Below, one piece after another: positions 21,181 to 33,511 of a stretch of DNA of 64,000 nt; position 1 is the stretch's first letter; each line of letters begins with the position of its first letter. A model generated the notes under the pieces. The model was not told the DNA's origin. It saw only the letters and a program-made list of their open reading frames with translations, and made no database searches. Source of the stretch: Alphaproteobacteria bacterium (lineage in GTDB: Bacteria > Pseudomonadota > Alphaproteobacteria > MPNO01 > UBA830); contig OZ219791.1 of NCBI GenBank assembly GCA_964291215.2, forward strand, positions 868,593 through 932,592, in the 5' to 3' direction. The translations under genes were made by a program, and so were the position numbers.

Positions 21181-22270
21181 GTTTTGTCCCCTTGATGATG
21201 AAATCATCCACAGCAGTTGGGGGCGGGAAAATGTGGATCTGTGGGAGAGCTATGGTTGCAGAGAGATTCCGCTCCCTTGAGCGAACACGCACAGGGGAGC
21301 GGGGTGCGGGGATTAAACGATCTCCGCGGAGGTTGCCGTTTTGACCTTGACAGAGCCGCGATCGAGTTTGGTCGGCCAACCTCCCTTGACGTCCCTCGCT
21401 GGATGCTTGGGTTTGAACCCGTATCATCACAAGGCGAGGAGCAAGGGACGATGGTCAAGGTAGTAGCAGGGGTCAGCAAGGCCAGTCTGGACATCTGTGC
21501 GACGGGCATTGTTTTGCGAACGATGCCACGAGCTGGCGGGCAGGTGGCTTCGCGGCCTCGGGGTGAGCCGGGTGGTAATGGAGGCGACAGGCCGCTATCA
21601 CCGCAAGGTTCACCAGTGTCTTCATGACCGGGGCTTCGAGGTTATTCTCGTCAACCCGTTGCGGGCGCTTCGCCGAGGCGATGGGCCATCTGGCCAAAAC
21701 CGACCGCGTCGACGCGTTGATGTTGGCCAAGATCGGCTGGGCGATCTCGAGCCTGTGGCTCCGCCTTCCTCAAGAGCTTGGAGGATCTCTTGGTGCCGCG
21801 CTTGTCGACGCCAAGCAGGTGGCAGATGAGGTAGATGGCGAAGGCGAGACCGTCACAAGGGCCTCAGCGGCCGATCTCGATGATCGCATTGCCGGCGCGG
21901 CGATCAAAGCGGTGATCGCCGGTGATCCCGAGCAGAGGTACGCCATCCTGACCTCGATCCCCGGTCCGGTGACCGCCGCGGCCCTTCTTTGCTGGATGCC
22001 CGAACTCGGCAGCGTCGGCAGCCTTGATCGGGGTGGCGCCGATGGCCAACGACCACGGTGCTCGGCACATTCGTGGCGGGCGCCGAAGGCCACGTGATTT
22101 CCTGTTCATGGCCGCAACCGGCCCGCTTCAACGCGGACCTGGTGCGCCTCAAGACTGCCGGCAAGGCCCACAAGGTCGCGATTGTCGCCGTGATGCGCAA
22201 GCTCTGGCGAACACCCTGCTGCGACAGCAGCGTTGCTGGGCGCCTGAAGCACCGGCACGGTAAGTGAGCG
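21181..22270 (+). mobile_element. IS110-family element with frameshifted transposase (coding about 21451-22267)
   Basis: Frames give MVKVVAGVSKASLDICATG, VVMEATGRYHRKVHQCLHDRGFEVILVNPLR, AKTDRVDALMLAKIG, LTSIPGPVTAAALLCWMPELGS and LKTAGKAHKVAIVAVMRKL. The element boundaries are approximate. Confidence 0.7.
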
Positions 22271-22795
22271 AAGGGGACACCCTCATGGCCCTCACCCCTG
22301 CCGAGAGCGCGATCGGGACTGTATCGACAGTCTCCCTCTACGACACGACTTGGGGAGAATGTCTGCAGATCATCGTCGAGGCCGACATCAAGGAGACCGA
22401 ACCGCCTTGGGACACCTGGAACCCAGACGGTCACGTTACCATGCCCGGGGACGGCAAGGTAGCCGCGTTCACGTGACCAATGGACGGCAACCCGCCGCCG
22501 AGACCACAAGCTTCATGTCGCCTCGCTCGCAGGGCAAATCCCACACCGCTTGTGGACAACCACAGAAAACATCACCGCAGACACCCGCAAAAACCTTGCC
22601 AAGAAACATGGATGCTCGGTCAAGCGCGCCTCGCCGCAACAGCTGCTCGCATGGAATCGCGGACACCGGGTAGTCGAGAGCCATCATCATGTCCGCGACG
22701 CCACCTTCCGCGAAGACGACCCCATGCTCCGAACGCGCCCGCAAACAACGCGATCACCCTCGCAATCATCATCCGCAACAAACGCAAGCTGCCCA
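22271..22795 (+). pseudogene. ISAs1-type transposase, C-terminal remnant; interrupted by IS66-like copy D and continuing at 24289
   Basis: The frame 22550-22795 gives ASPQQLLAWNRGHRVVESHHHVRDATFREDD, the conserved HW.IEN..H.VRDVTF.ED block of ISAs1-like DDE transposases. It probably belongs to the element that starts at 19869. Confidence 0.5.
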
Positions 22796-24288
22796 GTAAC
22801 TGCTCACCCCCTGGTTCCGGCTTGATGTCGGGGTAGAGCAACGAACGGGTTTTCGTGGAGATTTGACACTGCAGGCCGTTTCGTTTAGTGGTGGTCATCG
22901 AGAACGACGGGGACCGCCAGTGGGCTACTTTGGATCGAAGGCGACGAGCGGGCTGTGCCAGCTGCTTCCGGGGTTCCAGCCTCCGCATGATCTGTATGTG
23001 AAAACGCATCTCGGAGGCGGCGCGCTGATGAAGCGCAAGGCCGGGTGATGGCGACGGGCGGCGCGCGAGGAGTTCGAAGCGGCCAAGATCGCGGCGCTGC
23101 CGGCAAGGTGGCGGAAGAGGCCGTGATCCGCGTCTTCGTCATCCTGCTCGACATCCTCATCGTCGTCCTTCTGGAGAAGACCACGCACGAGCCGGAACTC
23201 CGGTCTGCCGCCGTCACAGACGGACAAGAGCGTGCCGGAAGCAACGGCAAGGGCCCGAAGCCGAACCGGCAGATGGGCGACAACCTGCGCAAGATCATCG
23301 TCGAGGAGACGGTCGCGGCCTGCGACGCCTGCGGCGCTGACATCGACGGCCCCGTCGATCGGGAGCGCCGCACGACATCGTGTTCGAGGTCGTCGAGCGC
23401 CGCGCCGAGATCAAGGAATGCCCGAATTGCAAGGCCCGGGGCCGGTTCCCCGACAACATCCCGTGCAGTACGGCATCGGCATTCAGGCCCTCGTCCCTGC
23501 TGGTCGCCCAGATGCTGTCCCTGCGCCGTGCCGCTCGTGCAGGCGATCTCCGGCATCAAGCTCTCCGAGGCCTCGGCTATGCTTTCACGATGCGTCATGG
23601 GAGGAGGCCGCCGTGGCGCACCTCCTGCAACGCCCGATGTCGACGATTTCGGATCAACGGCAAGTGGCTTCATGTCGTGGGACCCTGACGTGCAAGTTCC
23701 CGCACCGCAAGCGCGGGCAAGAGATCGGCCCGTGCTACAAGGGCGTCCTGGGCCTCGTACATGGCAGTGTAGCCACCAGCTGTGCGGCAGCCACCTGCTG
23801 CGCGAACTGACCTTCGTCGTCGAGGCTACCGCACGACTGATGAAGAGCCTGCTCCGCGAGGTCTGCCACAAGGTCAACAAGAGCGCATCCAAGACCCTGA
23901 ACGACGCCGGGCGCAAGCGCTACCGCACCATCAGGGCCCAGGGAACTGCCCGACATCCCGACGAAAGGAAAACGTGGACGCAAGTCCGACGCGCACAACC
24001 TGCACGAACGTCTCGTGAAACACGAAAACCTGCGCTTCACAGACGACCCCGATGTCAGCTTCACCAACAATGCCGGAGAACAGAAGATCAGGATGGCAAA
24101 GGTCAAGGTGTCCGGATGCTTCCGCTCCACGCAAAAGCATGGTGCCGGGGCTCAAGCTACCTCACCTCCATGGCCGCACTCGGCTACAATCATCACGTCG
24201 CAACCCAGATCGCCCTCGACGGAAAAGCCGCAGACATCATCAACGAGCACTACGACCAATCAGAACCCAACTAGGGGTGAGTAGATAC
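22796..24288 (+). mobile_element. IS66-like element, copy D: methyltransferase-deleted, transposase frameshifted
   Basis: Its ends are GTAACTGCTCACCCCC (22796) and GGGGTGAGTAGATAC (24288). A perfect 8-bp target duplication GCTGCCCA lies at 22788-22795 and 24289-24296. It has the same methyltransferase deletion junction and the same 7-bp transposase deletion as copy C. Confidence 0.88.
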
Positions 24289-24578
24289 GCTGCCCAAACC
24301 CTTCAACAGCTTCGTCGACGCCACTATGCCGACAAGCGCAAGCAGGTCCTGCACGCAATCACAAGACCAGGCTGACCGCGCCTCTCTCCCCGACAGAAAC
24401 TGCAAGCTTTCGAGCCCGGCAACCAAGGCCTCTCGCTCGCCCCGGATACGCCGACCAATCGCGCCCCGCGCCGTAACAGCGCGTCAGCAAATCTCAAAAT
24501 CGCAGCCTCGAACGCGTCGACCCGCGCCGCGATCAAGACTCCGATCACATCACATCAACAAGCATGGGATCACCTTGG
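24289..24578 (+). pseudogene. Tail of the interrupted ISAs1-like element, including its terminal repeat
   Basis: It continues the sequence interrupted at 22795. It ends with GCATGGGATCACCTTGG (24562-24578). That motif is the inverted counterpart of the CACGGYGATCCCACGC motif found at 19869, 58564, 2444-2459 (reverse complement) and, as a solo copy, at 4553-4568. Confidence 0.4.
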
Positions 24579-24618
24579 CGTCAACGCCCGAGCCTTGCCG
24601 CTGGCGGCGAACTCGGTT

Positions 24619-26502
24619 ATGAAACATCGCGCCACCGCTTCTGGCGAGAGCGGCGGTCCGGTCGCCCGCTGTCCCGGGCGGCGCACATGTCGGGGCATCG
24701 GTTTGTCGAAGCGGGCTTCTGCTGGACGGAAACGGGCTTGGGTGGCGCCGTGCCTCCTCGCCGCGCTGTTCCTGGCATCGCCGGGTGCTGCGGGCGCGTC
24801 GGGTCCGAACCCGGCCGCGCCGGCGGCCGCGGCTGTGGATATCCCGCCGATCCTCTCGGCGGCCGACCGCGACCGCTACAGCCGCATCTTCTCTCTCCAG
24901 GAGACCGGCAAGTGGCGCGCCGCCGACCAGCTGATCCGCAAGCTCGAAAGCCGGATCCTGCTCGGCCATGTGCTCGCCCAGCGCTATTTGCATCCGACCC
25001 GCTACAGGTCGAAATACGCCGAGTTGGTTGCCTGGCTCAAATCCTATGCCGACCTGCCCGATGCGAGGCGCATTTACAAGCTGGCATGGCGTCGGAAGCC
25101 ACCGCGCACGCAGGCGCCGAGGAAGCCGCCCGCGCGGATCGCCAAGGCTGCAGACCTGCCCAACATCATCGAATATTCGGGCTACCGCCCGGTGCGCCGC
25201 ACGGAAAGAAGGATCATCTGGAAGGTCCGAGGGATGGTCAACCGGCGCCATCTGTCGGCGGCGGCACGGTACATCTCGGACCCTGAAACGCGCCGCCGCT
25301 TAGGGAGGTCCGGCTACTTCTTGGCCCGCACCATGATCGCGTCCGGCTGGTTCTTCTACGGCGATGCCCCACGCGCCCTGAAAATGGCCGGGGATGTCGC
25401 CAGGAAGACCGGCGATCTGCTACCCTACAGCCACTGGATCGTCGGCCTCTCGGCCTTCAGGCTCGACCGGCATGACGAGGCGATCACGCATTTCTCCGCG
25501 ATCGCGCGGTCGCCCGGGCTGAGCGGCTGGGACCGCGCCGCCGGAGCCTTCTGGGCTGCCCGCGCTGCCCTGAAAAGCGGCAGGCCGGCGGAGGTCCGGC
25601 CATTCCTTCGCATCGCGTCGGCGGAGCCGCGCACCTTCTACGGAATCCTTGCCCGGCGCTGGCTTGGAGACGCCTTTCCCCTGAGCTGGGACTGTCCGCC
25701 CCTGACCGAGGCGCGCCTCGCGAGGGTCGTCGCCCTTCCGGCGGGACGCCGCGCACTGGCGCTGACCGAGGTTGGCCGCCACGACCGGGCCGACCGCGAA
25801 CTCCGCATGGCGGTGCCTGGCGACGATCCCGATCTTGCGGAGGCGCTCATTGCGGTGGCGGAACGCAAGTCCCTGGCGGCCGCCACCTTCCGGGCCGGCG
25901 TTGCGCTCTATGAGATTCCCGACCGGTTGCGCGTCGCCGCGCTCTATCCGCTGCCGCTGTGGAAGCCGCGTCGCGGCTTTCTCGTCGACCGGGCGCTGAT
26001 CTACGCCTTCATGCGCCAGGAATCCGCGTTCAACACGCGCGCCCGCAGCCATGCAGGCGCGCGCGGCCTCATGCAGCTGATGCCGGCGACGGCGGGCTTC
26101 ATCTCGGGCAAGCGGTTCCGCGGGGCGCGCACGAACCTGCTCTACGATCCGGAGACCAATGTCACTCTGGGCCAAGACTACATCCTGCATCTCCTCGACG
26201 ACGACAATGTCGGGCGCGATGTCCTCCTGCTCGCCGCCGCCTATAACGGCGGCCCCGGCAACCTCAAGAAATGGCAGCGGGTCGCCCGGCGCGCCCGGGT
26301 CGACGATCCGCTGATGTTCGTCGAGAGCCTGCCGGCCCGCGAGACCCGGATCTTCGTGGAACGCGTTCTCTCGAACCTCTGGATGTACCGCGAGCGGCTC
26401 GGCGAACCGGCGCCGACGCTCGACGCGCTCGCCGCCGGGAGGAGCCCCCTCCTTGCCGCTTCCGGCGGCTGGAAGGAAGCGGCCAGAAATGCCCGGGATT
26501 GA
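24619..26502 (+). CDS. Soluble lytic murein transglycosylase (Slt-family)
   Basis: The N-terminus has a signal-like segment [24 protein letters not shown]. The catalytic region reads [29 protein letters not shown] and [13 protein letters not shown]. The start choice (24595, 24619 or later) is uncertain. Confidence 0.85.
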   Translation: MKHRATASGESGGPVARCPGRRTCRGIGLSKRASAGRKRAWVAPCLLAALFLASPGAAGASGPNPAAPAAAAVDIPPILSAADRDRYSRIFSLQETGKWRAADQLIRKLESRILLGHVLAQRYLHPTRYRSKYAELVAWLKSYADLPDARRIYKLAWRRKPPRTQAPRKPPARIAKAADLPNIIEYSGYRPVRRTERRIIWKVRGMVNRRHLSAAARYISDPETRRRLGRSGYFLARTMIASGWFFYGDAPRALKMAGDVARKTGDLLPYSHWIVGLSAFRLDRHDEAITHFSAIARSPGLSGWDRAAGAFWAARAALKSGRPAEVRPFLRIASAEPRTFYGILARRWLGDAFPLSWDCPPLTEARLARVVALPAGRRALALTEVGRHDRADRELRMAVPGDDPDLAEALIAVAERKSLAAATFRAGVALYEIPDRLRVAALYPLPLWKPRRGFLVDRALIYAFMRQESAFNTRARSHAGARGLMQLMPATAGFISGKRFRGARTNLLYDPETNVTLGQDYILHLLDDDNVGRDVLLLAAAYNGGPGNLKKWQRVARRARVDDPLMFVESLPARETRIFVERVLSNLWMYRERLGEPAPTLDALAAGRSPLLAASGGWKEAARNARD

Positions 26503-27031
26503 TCCCAACACACCATTCACCGCGATCAACATCGCGGTCCTGACGGTCTCTGACACCCGGACCCGCGAGGACGACCGGTCCGGCGACTTGCTCGCAGGGC
26601 GCATTGCCGAGGCCGGCCATGTCGTCCTCGACAGGGCTATCGTGCGGGACGACCGCGCCGCCATCGCCGCCAGGCTTCGGGAATGGATCGCCGATCCGCG
26701 CGTTGACGCCGTGGTCTCGACCGGAGGCACCGGCGTGACCGGCCGCGACGTCACGCCCGAAGCGTTTCACGACGTCTATGACAAGGAAATACCCGGATTC
26801 GGCGAGCTGTTTCGGATGCTGTCCCACGACACGATCGGCACATCCACGATCCAGTCGCGGGCAACCGCGGGGGTTGCCGGCGACACCTATCTGTTCGCGC
26901 TGCCGGGCTCTCCCGGCGCTTGTCGCGACGCCTGGGACGGAATTCTCGTCCACCAGCTCGATATCCGCTTCAGGCCGTGCAATTTCGTGGAACTGATGCC
27001 GCGGCTCAGCGAGAGCGATCCGGCCGGCTGA
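26489..27031 (+). CDS. moaB: Molybdenum cofactor biosynthesis protein B
   Basis: The motifs are [74 protein letters not shown] and RPCNF. They align along the whole length with the MoaB pattern. Confidence 0.88.
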   Translation: MPGIDPNTPFTAINIAVLTVSDTRTREDDRSGDLLAGRIAEAGHVVLDRAIVRDDRAAIAARLREWIADPRVDAVVSTGGTGVTGRDVTPEAFHDVYDKEIPGFGELFRMLSHDTIGTSTIQSRATAGVAGDTYLFALPGSPGACRDAWDGILVHQLDIRFRPCNFVELMPRLSESDPAG

Positions 27032-27632
27032 GGTTGCCGCCAGCGACATCCGCCTGCCAGCGCCGGAACGCGGCGCCGTCGTCGATGTCGTCGAGTTCGC
27101 CGATCAGTGTCGTCCGGACGCCGGAGCGAATATTCGCCGTCGTGTCGGCCAGTGCATGGGGCCCGGACCAGCGGACGCCCTCGAACAGCCTGCCGACGCG
27201 CGCGCCGTGCACTGCGCCGACAAGCCAGTAGCCTCCGTCGCCTGACGGCCCGAAGACGAGATCGTTGCGTTTCAGCGCTTCGAAGGCGCAGGCGACGTGC
27301 CGCCGGCCGATGTCCGGAATGTCGCTGCCCACAAGGACGACCGGTTCCATTCCGAAACCGGCCATGCATCGGGCCATGCGTTCGCCGAGGTCGCCCGTAC
27401 CCTGGGGGAGAAGGCCGACGCCGGGAGGCCAGCTGCGGCGGTCGCGCATGGCGCTGTCGGGCGTCACTCCGAGCCATGTCGTCCAGCGTCCGTCGGCGCC
27501 AAGCCGGCGCGCGACCGTGGCAACTGTCGTCCGATAGAAACGGAGCGCTGCAACTGCGCCTATGTCGGCTCCGAGGCGGGTCTTGACGCGGCCGAGCCTT
27601 GGCCGCCTGGCAAGGATCACGACATGCCTCAC
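27006..27632 (-). CDS. DUF2064 / TIGR04282-type nucleotidyltransferase-like protein
   Basis: The motifs are [40 protein letters not shown] and [14 protein letters not shown]. The GTG start overlaps the TGA stop of the upstream glycosyltransferase (GTGA at 27629-27632). Confidence 0.75.
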   Translation of the reverse strand: MRHVVILARRPRLGRVKTRLGADIGAVAALRFYRTTVATVARRLGADGRWTTWLGVTPDSAMRDRRSWPPGVGLLPQGTGDLGERMARCMAGFGMEPVVLVGSDIPDIGRRHVACAFEALKRNDLVFGPSGDGGYWLVGAVHGARVGRLFEGVRWSGPHALADTTANIRSGVRTTLIGELDDIDDGAAFRRWQADVAGGNLSRPDRSR

Positions 27633-28336
27633 CGGTAGATCCTCTCGACGAGGCGTGGCGGCACCCCCGCGAAATACAACGCCAGGCAAAACAGGTTGCG
27701 AACCGGGCGCAGCCACCAGCCGTCGCGGCGATAGCGGTCGGCCGAAGTGATGGCCACGGCATCCAGGACCTCGATCCGTTGCTTCCCGATTCTTCGGACC
27801 AGCTCCACGTCCTCGAAGAGCGGCAGCGGCCGGAACCCCCCGATCCGGTCGTAGAACCGGCGCGAGACCAGCAGCGCCTGGTCGCCATAGGGCAGGCCAA
27901 AGACGCCGGTGCGCCACGCTGCCAGCTTCTCAACCCGGCGGGCCTGGCGGGCCCCGTCGTCGAACCGCAGCCTGAAGACGGCCGCGCGGCCGGCGTTCTC
28001 GGGTCTGGCCGTGAAATCCCGGACCGCCGACCGCCAGCCCGGACCTAGCCGGGTATCGACATGGAGGAAGAGGAGCCATGGACAGCATGCCGCGCCGCCG
28101 CCAGCGCGGAGCTGGTTTCCGCGGCCGCGCGGGCCGGTCACCACGCGGGCGCCGCGGGCTGCCGCGCGCTCGCGCGACCGATCCGTCGATCCGCCATCCG
28201 ACAGGATGATCTCGCAGGAGAGGAATTCATCATCCCCGGACACGGCGTCGATTGCGTCCGCTACGAGATCCTCGGCATTCAGAGCCGGAATGACGACAGA
28301 TATGTGCGCGCGCCCGGACATCTCGGAACGACTCAT
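27629..28336 (-). CDS. Family-2 glycosyltransferase (TIGR04283-like), translationally coupled to the DUF2064 gene
   Basis: The motifs are ISVVIPALNAEDLV, ILSDGGSTDRSRE, GRGNQLRAG, WLLFLHVDTRL and PYGDQALLVSRRFYDRIGGF. Confidence 0.8.
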   Translation of the reverse strand: MSRSEMSGRAHISVVIPALNAEDLVADAIDAVSGDDEFLSCEIILSDGGSTDRSRERAAARGARVVTGPRGRGNQLRAGGGAACCPWLLFLHVDTRLGPGWRSAVRDFTARPENAGRAAVFRLRFDDGARQARRVEKLAAWRTGVFGLPYGDQALLVSRRFYDRIGGFRPLPLFEDVELVRRIGKQRIEVLDAVAITSADRYRRDGWWLRPVRNLFCLALYFAGVPPRLVERIYR

Positions 28337-28509
28337 ATCACAAACCGCGCTGCGGCATGTGCGGGAAGCGGCGGAATGCGATATACAGGAGCCATCATGC
28401 GGATTGCTGCAACCCCGAGACGCCGCCGGCGCATCGCCCGCATGCGCACCGGGCGATGCGGCGCCCGGCCGGTTGCGGGCGCACCCTGCCCGTCCGGACT
28501 CGCCGTCGC

Positions 28510-29613
28510 ATGATCGGAAAGCCTCCCGGTCCGCCGCCGCGCAAGGGCCGCGGTGCCGTGACGAACCCCTCCGGACGGTTCGAAAAGACCCGCGTCGAGC
28601 CGTTCGACGACGGCTGGGGTGACGGTGCTTGCGGAGAACCGCTGCCGCCGCTCAGGACCACGCTCACACCTGACGCGGCGCGGCGGGTGATTGCCCGCAA
28701 CAGTTCGCCCGACATCCCCTTCGACCGCTCTATCAACCCCTATCGCGGCTGCGAGCATGGTTGCGTCTATTGCTTCGCGCGGCCTACCCATTCCTATCTC
28801 GGGCTCTCTCCGGGCCTCGACTTCGAGACCCGACTGTTCTTCAAGGCGGACGCCGCCCGGCTTCTCGCGGAGGAGCTGCGCGCGCCCGGCTACCGCTGCG
28901 AGGTGATTGCGCTTGGTGCCAATACTGATCCCTACCAGCCGGTGGAGCGGACCCGGAAGGTCACCCGTCAGATTCTCGAGGTCCTGTCGGCGCATGACCA
29001 TCCGGTCGGGATCGTCACGAAGTCCAATCTCGTCGTCCGCGACATCGACATTCTCGAACCGATGGCGAGGCGGAACCTCGCCCAGGTCTCGATATCCGTG
29101 ACCACGCTGGACCGCGCTCTTGCCAGGACCATGGAGCCGAGGGCGCCCACCCCCGAGCGGCGGCTTCTGGCCATGCGTGCGCTGTCGAAGGCCGGCATAC
29201 CGACCTGCGTGCTGGCGGCTCCGGTAATTCCGGCGCTGAACGATTCCGAACTCGAGGCGATTCTTGACGCTGCGGCCGATGCCGGCGCCGCCTCCGCGGG
29301 ATATGTCCTGCTGCGCCTTCCTTTCGAGCTCAAGGATCTGTTCACCGAATGGCTCGAGGCGCACGTCCCGTTGCGGGCGAAGCATGTGCTCAATGCGATC
29401 CGCGAGACCCGCGACGGAGCGCTCTATGCTTCCGACTTCGGCGAGCGCATGCGCGGCACCGGTCCTTATGCCGGGCTGATCGCGCAACGCTTCGAGAAGG
29501 CCTGCCGCAGGTTGCAGCTGAACCGGCGCGGCGTTTCACTCGACTGTTCGCGGTTTCGCTGCCCGCCGCGGGCCGGAGATCAGCTCGACCTGTTCGACGG
29601 GGCGGCGCGGTGA
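28510..29613 (+). CDS. PA0069-family radical SAM protein (SplB-like)
   Basis: The N-terminus reads KGRGAVTNPSGRFE. The radical SAM cluster motif is NPYRGCEHGCVYCFARP. The ATG at 28510 fits the family N-terminus better than the ORF-track start at 28357. Confidence 0.82.
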   Translation: MIGKPPGPPPRKGRGAVTNPSGRFEKTRVEPFDDGWGDGACGEPLPPLRTTLTPDAARRVIARNSSPDIPFDRSINPYRGCEHGCVYCFARPTHSYLGLSPGLDFETRLFFKADAARLLAEELRAPGYRCEVIALGANTDPYQPVERTRKVTRQILEVLSAHDHPVGIVTKSNLVVRDIDILEPMARRNLAQVSISVTTLDRALARTMEPRAPTPERRLLAMRALSKAGIPTCVLAAPVIPALNDSELEAILDAAADAGAASAGYVLLRLPFELKDLFTEWLEAHVPLRAKHVLNAIRETRDGALYASDFGERMRGTGPYAGLIAQRFEKACRRLQLNRRGVSLDCSRFRCPPRAGDQLDLFDGAAR

Positions 29614-29754
29614 ACGCGCCGGGACCGGCCCCTCCGGCCCGGACGGGCCGCAATGACGGGAGCACGGCGAACGGGCGGCCCTGATTCTTGTCAGCACTCG
29701 AGCGGGCAGTGCAATATCCGCGGCATGTTCCGGTGAACCGTGGGAAATCCGTGC

Positions 29755-31574
<1,820 letters not shown>

Positions 31575-31579
31575 CCCGG

Positions 31580-32665
31580 TCAGCGGCGGGGCGCGGGCCG
31601 GTCCGCCGCCACCAGTTGCACGATTTTTTTCATGGCGGTCGGCAGCCCTCGGCCGTCCAGCCGTTCCGGAGGGCTCCAGAAGCCCTCGATGCAGGCAGTA
31701 TCCCGGACCGCGCCCTTGAGTACGGTCAGCTCAAGACGGAAATGGGTGAAGACATGACTGACCTCTCCCGGCACCGGCTCCCAGTCCGCCTCGACCGGCG
31801 CGGCGCGGCGCGCCTCGCGGTCCGTCCAGACGGTCGCGCGCCATGCGGTTGACGGGATCTCGACCATGCCGCCGAGGAGGCCGGATTCCGGACGCTGGCG
31901 CAACAGCACGGCGCCATCAGGCGCCGTGATCCAGAATGCCACGCCGTGCCGCACCGGGCGCTCCTTTCGCGGGGCGCGGTTCGGAAGCTGTTCCGCCAGG
32001 CCGCGCCGGCGGGCGAGGCACCGGTCCTCGAGCGGGCATGCCCCGCAGCGCGGGCCGCGCGGCGTGCAGACCGTGGCGCCGAGATCCATCAGCGCCTGCG
32101 CATGGTCGCCGCAACGCGCATCGGGAGTCAGCGCGGCGGCGTGGGCGCGCAATACCCTGCGGGCGCGCGGCAATGGCGTATCGACGGCAAACAGGCGCGC
32201 CATGATCCGCTCGACATTGGCGTCTACGGGTGTCGCCCTCGAATCGAAGGCAATCGCGACGATCGCGGCCGCCGTGTAGGGGCCGATTCCGGGCAGCCGC
32301 CGGAGCTCCTCCTCGGCAGCGGGGAAGGCGCCGCCATGGTCCTCCACGACCATGCGCGCGCATCTGTGGAGGTTCCGCGCGCGGGCGTAGTATCCGAGGC
32401 CGGCCCAGAGGCGCAGGATTTCGTCAAGCTCGGCAGCGGCAAGGTCGACGACGGTCGGCCAGCGCCCGACGAACGCCTCGAAATACGGCTTGACGGCGGC
32501 TACGGTGGTCTGCTGGAGCATGATTTCGCTGAGCCAGACCCGGTAGGGATCGGCAACCGCGCCTGCGGGAGCGCGCCACGGCAGGCTGCGGCGGTGACGG
32601 TCGTACCAGGCGAGAACCGGGCCGGCTATGCTGCCGGCCGGCCGCGTCTCCCGATGTCCGGTCAT
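31580..32665 (-). CDS. mutY: A/G-specific adenine DNA glycosylase
   Basis: From ATG 32665 the motifs are VLAWYDRHRRSLPWR, DPYRVWLSEIMLQQTTV, LWAGLGYYARARNLH, the 4Fe-4S loop C..RGPRCGACPLEDRC and a NUDIX-like C-terminus. The gene is convergent with ccrM, with a gap of only 5 nt. Confidence 0.9.
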   Translation of the reverse strand: MTGHRETRPAGSIAGPVLAWYDRHRRSLPWRAPAGAVADPYRVWLSEIMLQQTTVAAVKPYFEAFVGRWPTVVDLAAAELDEILRLWAGLGYYARARNLHRCARMVVEDHGGAFPAAEEELRRLPGIGPYTAAAIVAIAFDSRATPVDANVERIMARLFAVDTPLPRARRVLRAHAAALTPDARCGDHAQALMDLGATVCTPRGPRCGACPLEDRCLARRRGLAEQLPNRAPRKERPVRHGVAFWITAPDGAVLLRQRPESGLLGGMVEIPSTAWRATVWTDREARRAAPVEADWEPVPGEVSHVFTHFRLELTVLKGAVRDTACIEGFWSPPERLDGRGLPTAMKKIVQLVAADRPAPRR

Positions 32666-32830
32666 GAATGTCCCTCCGCCCCGTCCCGGCGTTCCGGCCA
32701 GCGGTATCTGCAGGGCTGCCACTTGCGGTCGTTCTTCGAGATCGTCATATCTCTGGTGGAGCCGGAGCCGCGCACCGCAGCGGCGGCAGCGCGCGCTGGC
32801 GGCGGACCCGACCAGGCATGTGAAGGCGAC

Positions 32831-33382
32831 ATGACCGGAAAACCACGCAGACGCAGGTCGCCGAAGGATGACAGCTGGCGCAGGGCGCGCGGGCTGCTCC
32901 ATATCGGCACCGCGCTCCCGCAAGCCGCCGGACCCGCGCTGCGCAGGCGGGGCGTCATCTATGCCAGGCTGGTGACGGAATGGTGCGACATTTTTCGCGG
33001 CGATCTTATCGCAAACGGTACCCAGCCGGAAAGACTGGTGTTTCCGCGCGGCGGCAAGGGCGGAACACTGCACATACGCGTGGCGTCCGGCGCGCTGGCC
33101 CTCGAGCTGCAGCATCTCGCTCCCCAGCTCATCGAGCGTCTCAACCAGTACCTCGGCAAACCGCTGATCGCCGATCTCCGCTTCCGCCAGGGACCGATCC
33201 TGCCGCGTCCGAGACCCCATGTGGCGCCGAAGCCGGTACTGCCGCCGGCGGACGAGGCAGAACTCGACGGCAAGCTTGAGGGAATTCGAAACGAGCGACT
33301 CCGCGAGGCGTTGCGGCGGCTTGGCCGGTCCGTTGCAAGCCGCGGATCCGGCGCTTCGCTCGGGCAGACTCCGAAACGCTGA
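32831..33382 (+). CDS. DUF721-domain protein
   Basis: The motifs are LVTEWCDIFG-like W..I.G, PERLVF..GGTLHIRVASGALALELQHLAPQLIERLNQYLG. It sits between mutY and dsbA, as is typical in Alphaproteobacteria. Confidence 0.7.
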   Translation: MTGKPRRRRSPKDDSWRRARGLLHIGTALPQAAGPALRRRGVIYARLVTEWCDIFRGDLIANGTQPERLVFPRGGKGGTLHIRVASGALALELQHLAPQLIERLNQYLGKPLIADLRFRQGPILPRPRPHVAPKPVLPPADEAELDGKLEGIRNERLREALRRLGRSVASRGSGASLGQTPKR

Positions 33383-33511
33383 ACGGCCTGACGCTCGGGG
33401 TGCGGGCGGGAGGTTTTTTCACGGCAGTGCGCGAAAAAATTGGTTGGTAGCTTGGCAATATACCACCAGATATGGTAGTCAGGCCCCTCAAACCTGCTGG
33501 CGGGGATTATC

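Noticed and set aside
25420-27933. Minus-strand ORFs of 444, 261 and 348 aa overlapping the Slt-family gene, moaB and the DUF2064 region
   Set aside because: They are shadow ORFs in high-GC sequence. The opposite or alternative frames carry the conserved catalytic motifs.
32666-33220. The N-terminal 185-aa extension of the mutY ORF (the listed ORF starts at 33220)
   Set aside because: The extension overlaps the DUF721 gene on the other strand and has no MutY similarity. The MutY pattern begins right after ATG 32665.
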